This document shows positions 40,500-55,399 of a stretch of DNA of 64,000 nt, in pieces. This DNA is from Eledone cirrhosa (taxonomy: Eukaryota). The notes beneath the pieces were generated by a model. The model did no database searches, was not told the origin of the DNA, and was given only the letters and a program-made list of their open reading frames with translations. The first letter of the stretch is position 1; the number at the start of each line of letters is the position of its first letter. The translations under genes and the position numbers were made by a program. The stretch spans positions 412,114,001 to 412,178,000 of the forward strand of contig OZ024741.1 in the NCBI GenBank assembly GCA_964016885.1, in the 5' to 3' direction.

Positions 40500-43400
40500 C
40501 TAATGTAAGACACTGTCTATGTTGTTTAACTCTTTCATTACCATATTTCTAATGAAAGACACTGTCTATGTTGTTTAACCCTTTCATTGCCATATTTCTA
40601 ATGAAAGCCACTGTCTATGTTGTTTAACCCTTTCATTACTATATTTCTAATGTAAGTCACTGTCCATGTTGTTTAACCCTTTAATTACCATATTTCTAAT
40701 GAAAGACACTGTCTATGTCTTTAACCCTTTCATTACCATATTTCTAATGTAAGACACTGTCTATGTTGTATAACCCTTTCATTACCATCATTCTAATGAA
40801 AGACACTGTCTATGTTGTTTAACCCTTTCATTACTATATTTCTAATGTAAGTCACTGTCCATGTTGTTTAACCCTTTCATTACCATCATTCTAATGAAAG
40901 ACACTGTCTATGTTGTTTAACCCTTTAATTACCATATTTCTAATGAAAGACACTGTCTATGTCTTTAACCCTTTCATTACCATATTTCTAATGAAAGACA
41001 CTGTCTATGTTGTTTAACCCTTTCATTACCATATTTCTAATGAAAGACGCTGTCTATGTCTTTAACCCTTTCATTACCATATTTCTAATGAAAGACACTG
41101 TCTATGTTGTTTAACCCTTTCAGTACCATATTTCTAATGAAAGACACTGTCTATGTTGTTTAACCCTTTCATTACTATATTTCTAATGAAAGACACTGTC
41201 TATGTTGTTTAACCCTTTCATTAGCATATTTCTAATGAAAGACAGTCTATGTTGTTTAACCCTTTCATTACCATATTTCTAATGTAAGACACTCTATATG
41301 TTGTTTAACCCTTTAATTACCATATTTCTAATGTAAGACACTGTCTATGTTGTTTAACCTTTTCTTTACCATATTTCTAATGAAAGACACTGTCTATGTT
41401 GTTTAACCCTTTAAAAACCATATTTCTAATGTAAAACACTCTCTATGTTGTTTAACCCTTTCATTAACATTTTTCCAATGAAAGAAACTGTCTAAGTTGT
41501 TTAACCCTTTCATTACCATATTTGTAATGTAAGACACTGTCTATGTTGTTTAACACCTTAATTACCATATTTCTAATGTAATACATCGTCTATGTTGTTT
41601 AACCCTTTCATTACCATATTTGTAATGTAAGACACTGTCTATGTTTTTTAACCCTTTCATTACCATATTTGTAAAGAAAGACACTGTCTATGTTGTTTAA
41701 CCCTTTCATTACTATATTTCTAATGAAAGACACTGTCTATGTTGTTTAACCCTTTAATTACCATATTTCTAATGTAAGACACTGTCTATGTTGTTTAACC
41801 CTTTCATTACCATATTTCTAATGAAAGACACTCTGTATGTTGTTGAACCCTTTAATTACCATATTTCTAATGTAAGACACTGTCTATGTTGTTTAACCCT
41901 TTCAATACCATATTTCTAATGATAGACACTGACTATGTTGTTTAACCCTTTCATTACCATATTTCTAATGTAAGACACTCTCTATGTTGTTTAACCCTTT
42001 CACTACCAGACTTCTAATGAAAAACACTGTCTATGTTATTTAACCCTTTCATTACCATATTTCTAATGTAAGACACTGTCTAAGTTGTTTAACCCTTTAA
42101 TTACCATATTTCTAATGTAAGACATTGTCTATGTTGTTTAACCCTTTCATTACCATATTTGTAATGAAAGACACAGGCTATGTTGTTTAACCCTTTCATT
42201 ACAATTTTTCTAATGTAAGACACTGTCTATGTTGTTTAATCCTTTCATTATCATATTTCTAATGTAAGACACTGTATATGTCATTTAACACTTTCATTAT
42301 CATATTTCTAATGTAAGAAACTGTCTATATTGTTTATCCCTTTCAATACCATATTTCTAATGAAAGACACTGTCTATGTTGTTTAACCCTTTCATTACCA
42401 TATTTCTAATGTAAGACACTCTCTATGTTGTTTAACCCTTTCATTACCATATTTCTAATGAAAGACACTGTCTATGTTGTTTAACCCTTTCACTACCATA
42501 TTTCTAATGTAAGAAACTCTCTATGTTGTTTAACCCTTTCATTACCATATTTCTAATGAAAGACACTGTCTATGTTGTTTAACCCTTTCATTACCATATT
42601 TGTAATGAAAGACACTGTCTATGTTGTTTAACCCTTTCATTACTATATTTCTAATGAAAGACACTGTCTATGTTGTTTAACACTTTCATTACCATATTTC
42701 TAATGAAAGACACTGTCTATGTTGTTTAACCCTTTCACTACCATATTTCTAATGTAAGAAACTCTCTATGTTGTTTAACCCTTTCATTACCATATTTCTA
42801 ATGAAAGACACTGTCTATGTTGTTGAACCCTTTCATTACTATATTTCTAATGAAAGACACTGTCTATGTTGTTTAACCCTTTAATTACCATATTTTTAAT
42901 GTAAGACACTGTCTATGTTGTTTAACCATTTCATTACCATATTTCTAATGAAAGACACTCTGTATGTTGTTGAACCCTTTAATTACCATATTTCTAATGT
43001 AAGACACTGTCTATGTTGTTTAACCTTTTCATTACCATATTTCTAATGAAAGACACTGTCTATGTTGTTTAACCCTTTCATTACCAGACTTCTAATGAAA
43101 AACACTGTCTATGTTATTTAAACCTTTCATTACCATATTTCTAATGTAAGACACTGTCTATGTTGTTTAACCCTTTCATTACCATATTTCTAATGTAAGA
43201 CACTATCTATGTTGTTTAACCCTTTCATTACCATATTTCTAATGTAAGACACTGTCTATGTTGTTTAACTCTTTCATTACCATATTTCTAACGTAAGACA
43301 CTGTCTATGTTGTTTAACCCTTTCATTACCATATTTCTAATGTAAGACACTGTCTATGTTGTTTAACTCTTTCATTACCATATTTCTAATGAAAGACACT

Positions 43401-46400
43401 GTCTATGTTGTTTAACCCTTTCATTGCCATATTTCTAATGAAAGCCACTGTCTATGTTGTTTAACCCTTTCATTACTATATTTCTAATGTAAGTCACTGT
43501 CCATGTTGTTTAACCCTTTAATTACCATATTTCTAATGAAAGACACTGTCTATGTCTTTAACCCTTTCATTACCATATTTCTAATGTAAGACACTGTCTA
43601 TGTTGTATAACCCTTTCATTACCATCATTCTAATGAAAGACACTGTCTATGTTGTTTAACCCTTTCATTACTATATTTCTAATGTAAGTCATTGTCCATG
43701 TTGTTTAACCCTTTCATTACCATCATTCTAATGAAAGACATTGTCTATGTTGTTTAACCCTTTAATTACCATATTTCTAATGAAAGACACTGTCTATGTC
43801 TTTAACCCTTTCATTACCATATTTCTAATGAAAGACACTGTCTATGTTGTTTAACCCTTTCATTACCATATTTCTAATGAAAGACGCTGTCTATGTCTTT
43901 AACCCTTTCATTACCATATTTCTAATGAAAGACACTGTCTATGTTGTTTAACCCTTTCAGTACCATATTTCTAATGAAAGACACTGTCTATGTTGTTTAA
44001 CCCTTTCATTACTATATTTCTAATGAAAGACACTGTCTATGTTGTTTAACCCTTTCATTAGCATATTTCTAATGAAAGACAGTCTATGTTGTTTAACCCT
44101 TTCATTACCATATTTCTAATGTAAGACACTCTATATGTTGTTTAACCCTTTAATTACCATATTTCTAATGTAAGACACTGTCTATGTTGTTTAACCTTTT
44201 CTTTACCATATTTCTAATGAAAGACACTGTCTATGTTGTTTAACCCTTTAAATACCATATTTCTAATGTAAAACACTCTCTATGTTGTTTAACCCTTTCA
44301 TTAACATTTTTCCAATGAAAGAAACTGTCTAAGTTGTTTAACCCTTTCATTACCATATTTGTAATGTAAGACACTGTCTATGTTGTTTAACACCTTAATT
44401 ACCATATTTCTAATGTAATACATCGTCTATGTTGTTTAACCCTTTCATTACCATATTTGTAATGTAAGACACTGTCTATGTTTTTTAACCCTTTCATTAC
44501 CATATTTGTAAAGAAAGACACTGTCTATGTTGTTTAACCCTTTCATTACTATATTTCTAATGAAAGACACTGTCTATGTTGTTTAACCCTTTAATTACCA
44601 TATTTCTAATGTAAGACACTGTCTATGTTGTTTAACCCTTTCATTACCATATTTCTAATGAAAGACACTCTGTATGTTGTTGAACCCTTTAATTACCATA
44701 TTTCTAATGTAAGACACTGTCTATGTTGTTTAACCCTTTCATTACCATATTTCTAATGATAGACACTGACTATGTTGTTTAACCCTTTCATTACCATATT
44801 TCTAATGTAAGACACTCTCTATGTTGTATAACCCTTTCACTACCAGACTTCTAATGAAAAACACTGTCTATGTTATTTAACCCTTTCATTACCATATTTC
44901 TAATGTAAGACACTGTCTAAGTTGTTTAACCCTTTAATTACCATATTTCTAATGTAAGACATTGTCTATGTTGTTTAACCCTTTCATTACCATATTTGTA
45001 ATGAAAGACACAGGCTATGTTGTTTAACCCTTTCATTACAATTTTTCTAATGTAAGACACTGTCTATGTTGTTTAATCCTTTCATTATCATATTTCTAAT
45101 GTAAGACACTGTATATGTCATTTAACACTTTCATTATCATATTTCTAATGTAAGAAACTGTCTATATTGTTTATCCCTTTCAATACCATATTTCTAATGA
45201 AAGACACTGTCTATGTTGTTTAACCCTTTCATTACCATATTTCTAATGTAAGACACTCTCTATGTTGTTTAACCCTTTCATTACCATATTTCTAATGAAA
45301 GACACTGTCTATGTTGTTTAACCCTTTCACTACCATATTTCTAATGTAAGAAACTCTCTATGTTGTTTAACCCTTTCATTACCATATTTCTAATGAAAGA
45401 CACTGTCTATGTTGTTTAACCCTTTCATTACCATATTTGTAATGAAAGACACTGTCTATGTTGTTTAACCCTTTCATTACTATATTTCTAATGAAAGACA
45501 CTGTCTATGTTGTTTAACACTTTCATTACCATATTTCTAATGAAAGACACTGTCTATGTTGTTTAACCCTTTCACTACCATATTTCTAATGTAAGAAACT
45601 CTCTATGTTGTTTAACCCTTTCATTACCATATTTCTAATGAAAGACACTGTCTATGTTGTTGAACCCTTTCATTACTATATTTCTAATGAAAGACACTGT
45701 CTATGTTGTTTAACCCTTTAATTACCATATTTCTAATGTAAGACACTGTCTATGTTGATTAACCATTTCATTACCATATTTCTAATGAAAGACACTCTGT
45801 ATGTTGTTGAACCCTTTAATTACCATATTTCTAATGTAAGACACTGTCTATGTTGTTTAACCTTTTCATTACCATATTTCTAATGAAAGACACTGACTAT
45901 GTTGTTTAACCCTTTCATTACCATATTTCTAATGTAAGAGACTGTCTATGTTGTTTAACCCTTTCATTACCAGACTTCTAATGAAAAACACTGTCTATGT
46001 TATTTAAACCTTTCATTACCATATTTCTAATGTAAGACACTGTCTATGTTGTTTAACTCTTTCATTACCATATTTCTAACGTAAGACACTGTCTATGTTG
46101 TTTAACCCTTTCATTTCCATATTTCTAATGTAAGACACTGACTATGTTGTTTAACCCTTTCATTACCATATTTCTAATGAAAGACACTGTCTATGTTGTT
46201 TAACCCTTTCATTACCATATTTCTAATGAAAGACACTGTCTATGTTGTTTAACCCTTTCATTACCATATTTCTAATGTAAGACACTGTCTATGTTGTTTA
46301 ACCCTTTCATTACCATATTTCTAATGAAAGACACTCTGTATGTTGTTGAACCCTTTAATTACCATATTTCTAATGTAAGACACTGTCTATGTTGTTTAAC

Positions 46401-49400
46401 CCTTTCAATACCATATTTCTAATGATAGACACTGACTATGTTGTTTAACCCTTTCATTACCATATTTCTAATGTAAGACACTCTCTATGTTGTTTAACCC
46501 TTTCACTACCAGACTTCTAATGAAAAACACTGTCTATGTTATTTAACCCTTTCATTACCATATTTCTAATGTAAGACACTGTCTAAGTTGTTTAACCCTT
46601 TAATTACCATATTTCTAATGTAAGACATTGTCTATGTTGTTTAACCCTTTCATTACCATATTTGTAATGAAAGACACAGGCTATGTTGTTTAACCCTTTC
46701 ATTACAATTTTTCTAATGTAAGACACTGTCTATGTTGTTTAATCCTTTCATTATCATATTTCTAATGTAAGACACTGTATATGTCATTTAACACTTTCAT
46801 TATCATATTTCTAATGTAAGAAACTGTCTATATTGTTTATCCCTTTCAATACCATATTTCTAATGAAAGACACTGTCTATGTTGTTTAACCCTTTCATTA
46901 CCATATTTCTAATGTAAGACACTCTCTATGTTGTTTAACCCTTTCATTACCATATTTCTAATGAAAGACACTGTCTATGTTGTTTAACCCTTTCACTACC
47001 ATATTTCTAATGTAAGAAACTCTCTATGTTGTTTAACCCTTTCATTACCATATTTCTAATGAAAGACACTGTCTATGTTGTTTAACCCTTTCATTACCAT
47101 ATTTGTAATGAAAGACACTGTCTATGTTGTTTAACCCTTTCATTACTATATTTCTAATGAAAGACACTGTCTATGTTGTTTAACACTTTCATTACCATAT
47201 TTCTAATGAAAGACACTGTCTATGTTGTTTAACCCTTTCACTACCATATTTCTAATGTAAGAAACTCTCTATGTTGTTTAACCCTTTCATTACCATATTT
47301 CTAATGAAAGACACTGTCTATGTTGTTGAACCCTTTCATTACTATATTTCTAATGAAAGACACTGTCTATGTTGTTTAACCCTTTAATTACCATATTTTT
47401 AATGTAAGACACTGTCTATGTTGTTTAACCATTTCATTACCATATTTCTAATGAAAGACACTCTGTATGTTGTTGAACCCTTTAATTACCATATTTCTAA
47501 TGTAAGACACTGTCTATGTTGTTTAACCTTTTCATTACCATATTTCTAATGAAAGACACTGTCTATGTTGTTTAACCCTTTCATTACCAGACTTCTAATG
47601 AAAAACACTGTCTATGTTATTTAAACCTTTCATTACCATATTTCTAATGTAAGACACTGTCTATGTTGTTTAACCCTTTCATTACCATATTTCTAATGTA
47701 AGACACTATCTATGTTGTTTAACCCTTTCATTACCATATTTCTAATGTAAGACACTGTCTATGTTGTTTAACTCTTTCATTACCATATTTCTAACGTAAG
47801 ACACTGTCTATGTTGTTTAACCCTTTCATTACCATATTTCTAATGTAAGACACTGTCTATGTTGTTTAACTCTTTCATTACCATATTTCTAATGAAAGAC
47901 ACTGTCTATGTTGTTTAACCCTTTCATTGCCATATTTCTAATGAAAGCCACTGTCTATGTTGTTTAACCCTTTCATTACTATATTTCTAATGTAAGTCAC
48001 TGTCCATGTTGTTTAACCCTTTAATTACCATATTTCTAATGAAAGACACTGTCTATGTCTTTAACCCTTTCATTACCATATTTCTAATGTAAGACACTGT
48101 CTATGTTGTATAACCCTTTCATTACCATCATTCTAATGAAAGACACTGTCTATGTTGTTTAACCCTTTCATTACTATATTTCTAATGTAAGTCATTGTCC
48201 ATGTTGTTTAACCCTTTCATTACCATCATTCTAATGAAAGACATTGTCTATGTTGTTTAACCCTTTAATTACCATATTTCTAATGAAAGACACTGTCTAT
48301 GTCTTTAACCCTTTCATTACCATATTTCTAATGAAAGACACTGTCTATGTTGTTTAACCCTTTCATTACCATATTTCTAATGAAAGACGCTGTCTATGTC
48401 TTTAACCCTTTCATTACCATATTTCTAATGAAAGACACTGTCTATGTTGTTTAACCCTTTCAGTACCATATTTCTAATGAAAGACACTGTCTATGTTGTT
48501 TAACCCTTTCATTACTATATTTCTAATGAAAGACACTGTCTATGTTGTTTAACCCTTTCATTAGCATATTTCTAATGAAAGACAGTCTATGTTGTTTAAC
48601 CCTTTCATTACCATATTTCTAATGTAAGACACTCTATATGTTGTTTAACCCTTTAATTACCATATTTCTAATGTAAGACACTGTCTATGTTGTTTAACCT
48701 TTTCTTTACCATATTTCTAATGAAAGACACTGTCTATGTTGTTTAACCCTTTAAATACCATATTTCTAATGTAAAACACTCTCTATGTTGTTTAACCCTT
48801 TCATTAACATTTTTCCAATGAAAGAAACTGTCTAAGTTGTTTAACCCTTTCATTACCATATTTGTAATGTAAGACACTGTCTATGTTGTTTAACACCTTA
48901 ATTACCATATTTCTAATGTAATACATCGTCTATGTTGTTTAACCCTTTCATTACCATATTTGTAATGTAAGACACTGTCTATGTTTTTTAACCCTTTCAT
49001 TACCATATTTGTAAAGAAAGACACTGTCTATGTTGTTTAACCCTTTCATTACTATATTTCTAATGAAAGACACTGTCTATGTTGTTTAACCCTTTAATTA
49101 CCATATTTCTAATGTAAGACACTGTCTATGTTGTTTAACCCTTTCATTACCATATTTCTAATGAAAGACACTCTGTATGTTGTTGAACCCTTTAATTACC
49201 ATATTTCTAATGTAAGACACTGTCTATGTTGTTTAACCCTTTCATTACCATATTTCTAATGATAGACACTGACTATGTTGTTTAACCCTTTCATTACCAT
49301 ATTTCTAATGTAAGACACTCTCTATGTTGTATAACCCTTTCACTACCAGACTTCTAATGAAAAACACTGTCTATGTTATTTAACCCTTTCATTACCATAT

Positions 49401-50800
49401 TTCTAATGTAAGACACTGTCTAAGTTGTTTAACCCTTTAATTACCATATTTCTAATGTAAGACATTGTCTATGTTGTTTAACCCTTTCATTACCATATTT
49501 GTAATGAAAGACACAGGCTATGTTGTTTAACCCTTTCATTACAATTTTTCTAATGTAAGACACTGTCTATGTTGTTTAATCCTTTCATTATCATATTTCT
49601 AATGTAAGACACTGTATATGTCATTTAACACTTTCATTATCATATTTCTAATGTAAGAAACTGTCTATATTGTTTATCCCTTTCAATACCATATTTCTAA
49701 TGAAAGACACTGTCTATGTTGTTTAACCCTTTCATTACCATATTTCTAATGTAAGACACTCTCTATGTTGTTTAACCCTTTCATTACCATATTTCTAATG
49801 AAAGACACTGTCTATGTTGTTTAACCCTTTCACTACCATATTTCTAATGTAAGAAACTCTCTATGTTGTTTAACCCTTTCATTACCATATTTCTAATGAA
49901 AGACACTGTCTATGTTGTTTAACCCTTTCATTACCATATTTGTAATGAAAGACACTGTCTATGTTGTTTAACCCTTTCATTACTATATTTCTAATGAAAG
50001 ACACTGTCTATGTTGTTTAACACTTTCATTACCATATTTCTAATGAAAGACACTGTCTATGTTGTTTAACCCTTTCACTACCATATTTCTAATGTAAGAC
50101 ACTGTCTACGTTGTTTAACCCTTTCATTACCATATTTCTAATGAAAGACACAGTCTATGTTGTTGAACCCTTTCATTACTATATTTCTAATGAAAGACAC
50201 TGTCTATGTTGTTTAACCCTTTAATTACCATATTTCTAATGTAAGACACTGTCTATGTTGATTAACCATTTCATTACCATATTTCTAATGAAAGACACTC
50301 TGTATGTTGTTGAACCCTTTAATTACCATATTTCTAATGTAAGACACTGTCTATGTTGTTTAACCTTTTCATTACCATATTTCTAATGAAAGACACTGAC
50401 TATGTTGTTTAACCCTTTCATTACCATATTTCTAATGTAAGAGACTGTCTATGTTGTTTAACCCTTTCATTACCAGACTTCTAATGAAAAACACTGTCTA
50501 TGTTATTTAAACCTTTCATTACCATATTTCTAATGTAAGACACTGTCTATGTTGTTTAACCCTTTCATTACCATATTTCTAATGTAAGACACTATCTATG
50601 TTGTTTAACCCTTTCATTACCATATTTCTAATGTAAGACACTGTCTATGTTGTTTAACTCTTTCATTACCATATTTCTAACGTAAGACACTGTCTATGTT
50701 GTTTAACCCTTTCATTTCCATATTTCTAATGTAAGACACTGACTATGTTGTTTAACCCTTTCATTACCATATTTCTAATGAAAGACACTGTCTATGTTGT
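40500..50800. repeat. Nested duplications in the satellite, periods 2837 bp and 4503 bp (2837+1666)
   Basis: GCCACTG variant at 40607/43444/47947; CAGGCT variant at 42174/45011/46677/49514. Boundaries approximate. Confidence 0.8.
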
Positions 50801-53800
50801 TTAACCCTTTCATTACCATATTTCTAATGAAAGACACTGTCTATGTTGTTTAACCCTTTCATTACCATATTTCTAATGTAAGACACTGTCTATGTTGTTT
50901 AACCCTTTCATTACCATATTTCTAACGTAAGACACTGTCTATGTTGTTTAAACCTTTCATTTCCATATTTCTAATGTAAGACACTGACTATGTTGTTTAA
51001 CCCTTTCATTACCATATTTCTAATGAAAGACACTGTCTATGTTGTTTAACCCTTTCAGTACCATATTTCTAACGTAAGGCACTGTCTATGTTGTTTAACC
51101 CTTTCATTATCATATTTCTAATGTAAGGCACTGTCTATGTTGTTTAAACCTTTCATTACTATATTTCTAATATAAGATACTGTCTATGTTTTTAATCTTT
51201 TCATTACCGTATTTCTAATTTAAGACACTGTCTATGTTGTTTAACCCTTTCATTACCGTATTTCTAATGTAAGTCACTGTCCATGTTGTTTAACCCTTTC
51301 ATTACCATCATTCTAATGAAAGACACTGTCTATGTTGTTTAACCCTTTCATTACCATATTTCTAATGTAAGACACTCTATATGTTGTTTAACCCTTTAAT
51401 TACCATATTTCTAATGTAAGACACTGTCTATGTTGTTTAACCTTTTCTTTACCATATTTCTAATGAAAGACACTGTCTATGTTGTTTAACCCTTTAAATA
51501 CCATATTTCTAATGTAAAACACTCTCTATGTTGTTTAACCCTTTCATTAACATTTTTCCAATGAAAGAAACTGTCTAAGTTGTTTAACCCTTTCATTACC
51601 ATATTTGTAATGTAAGACACTGTCTATGTTGTTTAACACCTTAATTACCATATTTCTAATGTAATACATCGTCTATGTTGTTTAACCCTTTCATTACCAT
51701 ATTTGTAATGTAAGACACTGTCTATGTTGTTTAACCCTTTCATTACCATATTTGTAAAGAAAGACACTGTCTATGTTGTTTAACCCTTTCATTACTATAT
51801 TTCTAATGAAAGACACTGTCTATGTTGTTTAACCCTTTAATTACCATATTTCTAATGTAAGACACTGTCTATGTTGTTTAACCCTTTCATTACCATATTT
51901 CTAATGAAAGACACTCTGTATGTTGTTAAACCCTTTAATTACCATATTTCTAATGTAAGACACTGTCTATGTTGTTTAACCCTTTCATTACCATATTTCT
52001 AATGATAGACACTGACTATGTTGTTTAACCCTTTCATTACCATATTTCTAATGTAAGACACTCTCTATGTTGTTTAACCCTTTCATTATCATATTTCTAA
52101 TGTAAGACACTGTATATGTCGTTTAACACTTTCATTATCATATTTCTAATGTAAGAATCTGTCTATATTGTTTATCACTTTCAATAGCACATTTCTAATG
52201 TAAGACACTGTCTATGTTATTTAACCCTTTCATTACCATATTTCTAATGTAAGACACTGTCTAAGTTGTTTAACCCTTTAATTACCATATTTCTAATGTA
52301 AGACATTGTCTATGTTGTTTAACCCTTTCATTACCATATTTGTAATGAAAGACACGGGCTATGTTGTTTAACCCTTTCATTACAATTTTTCTAATGTAAG
52401 ACACTGTCTATGTTGTTTAATCCTTTCATTATCATATTTCTAATGTAAGACACTGTATATGTCGTTTAACACTTTCATTATCATATTTCTAATGTAAGAA
52501 TCTGTCTATATTGTTTATCACTTTCAATAGCACATTTCTAATGTAAGACACTGTCTATGTTGTTTAACCCTTTCATTACCATATTTCTAATGAAAGACAC
52601 TCTCTATGTTGTTTAACCCTTTCATTACCATATTTCTAATGAAAGACACTGTCTATGTTGTTTAACCCTTTCATTACCATATTTCTAATGTAAGACACTC
52701 TCTATGTTGTTTAACCCTTTCATTACCATATTTCTAATGAAAGACACTGTCTATGTTGTTTAACCCTTTCACTACCATATTTCTAATGAAAGACACTGTC
52801 TATGTTGTTTAACCCTTTCATTACCATATTTGTAATGAAAGACACTCTCTATGTTGTTTAACCCTTTCATTACTATATTTCTAATGAAAGACACTGTCTA
52901 TGTTGTTTAACACTTTCATTACCATATTTCTAATGAAAGACACTCTCTATGTTGTTTAACCCTTTCATTACCATATTTCTAATGAAAGACACTGTCTATG
53001 TTGTTTAACCCTTTCACTACCATATTTCTAATGTAAGAAACTCTCTATGTTGTTTAACCCTTTTATTACCATATTTCTAATGAAAGACACTGTCTATGTT
53101 GTTGAACCCTTTCATTACTATATTTCTAATGAAAGACACTGTCTATGTTGTTTAACCCTTTAATTACCATATTTCTAATGTAAGACACTGTCTATGTTGT
53201 TTAACCATTTCATTACCATATTTCTAATGAAAGACACTCTGTATGTTGTTGAACCCTTTAATTACCATATTTCTAATGTAAGACACTGTCTATGTTGTTT
53301 AACCTTTTCATTACCATATTTCTGATGAAAGACACTGACTATGTTGTTTAACCCTTTCATTACCATATTTCTAATGTAAGACACTGTCTATGTTGTTTAG
53401 CCCTTTCATTACCAGACTTCTAATGAAAAACACTGTCTATGTTATTTAAACCTTTCATTACCATATTTCTAATGTAAGACACTGTCTATGTTGTTTAACC
53501 CTTTCATTACCATATTTCTAATGTAAGACACTATCTATGTTGTTTAACCCTTTCATTACCATATTTCTAATGTAAGACACTGTCTATGTTGTTTAACTCT
53601 TTCATTACCATATTTCTAACGTAAGACACTGTCTATATTGTTTAACCCTTTCATTTCCATATTTCTAATGTAAGACACTGACTATGTTGTTTAACCCTTT
53701 CATTACCATATTTCTAATGAAAGACACTGTCTATGTTGTTTAACCCTTTCATTACCATATTTCTAATGAAAGACACTGTCTATGTTGTTTAACCCTTTCA

Positions 53801-55399
53801 TTACCATATTTCTAATGTAAGACACTGTCTATGTTGTTTAACCCTTTCATTACCATATTTCTAACGTAAGACACTGTCTATGTTGTTTAAAACTTTCATT
53901 TCCATATTTCTAATGTAAGACACTGACTATGTTGTTTAACCCTTTCATTACCATATTTCTAATGAAAGACACTGTCTATGTTGTTTAACCCTTTCAGTAC
54001 CATATTTCTAACGTCAGGCACTGTCTATGTTGTTTAACCCTTTCATTATCATATTTCTAATGTAAGGCACTGTCTATGTTGTTTAAACCTTTCATTACTA
54101 TATTTCTAATATAAGATACTGTCTATGTTGTTTAATCTTTTCATTACCGTATTTCTAATTTAAGACACTGTCTATGTTGTTTAACCCTTTCATTACCGTA
54201 TTTCTAATGTAAGTCACTGTCCATGTTGTTTAACCCTTTCATTACCATCATTATAATGAAAGACACTGTCTATGTTGTTTAACCCTTTCATTACCATATT
54301 TCAAATGAAAGACACTCTCTATGTTGTTTAACCCTTTCATTACCATATTTCTAATGAAAGACACTGTCTATGTTGTTTCACCTTTTCATTACCATATTTC
54401 TAATGAAAGACACTGTTTATGTTGTTTAAACCTTTCATTACCATATTTCTAATGAAAGACACTGTCTATGATGTTTAACCCTTTAATTACCATGTTTCTA
54501 ATGTAAGACACTATCTATGTTGTTTAACCCTTTCATTGCCATATTTCTAATGTAAGACACTGTCTATGTTGTTTAACCCTTTCATTACCATATTTCTAAT
54601 GAAAGACACTGTCTATGTTGTTTAAGCCTTTCATTTCCATATTTCTAATGAAAGACACTGTCTATATTGTTTAACCCTTTAATTACCATATTTCTAATGT
54701 AAGACATTGTCTATGTTGTTTAACACTTTCACTACCATATTTCTAATGTACGACACTGTCTATGTTGTTTAACCCTTTCATTACCATATTTCTAATGAAA
54801 GACACTGTCTATGTCTTTAACCCTTTCATTACCATATTTCTAATGAAAGACACTGTCTATGTTGTTTAACCCTTTCATTACCATATTTGTAATGTTAGAC
54901 TCTGTCTATGTTGTTTAACTCTTTCATTACCATATTTCTAATGAAAGACACTGTCTATGTTGTTTAACCCTTTCATTACCATATTTGTAATGTAAGACTC
55001 TGTCTATGTTGTTTAACCCTTTCATTGCTATATTTCTAATGAAAGCCACTGTCTATGTTGTTTAACCCTTTCATTACTATATTTCTAATGTAAGAAACTG
55101 TCTATGTTGTATAACCCTTTCATTACCATATTTCTAATGAAAGACGCTGTCTATGTCTTTAACCCTTTCATTACCATATTTCTAATGAAAGACACTGTCT
55201 ATGTTGTTTAACCCTTTCATTACTATATTTCTAATGAAAGACACTGTCTATGTTGTTTAACCCTTTCATTAGCATATTTCTAATGAAAGACAGTCTATGT
55301 TGTTTAACCCTTTCATTACCATATTTCTAATGTAAGACACTCTATATGTTGTTTAACCCTTTAATTACCATATTTCTAATGTAAGACACTGTCTATGTT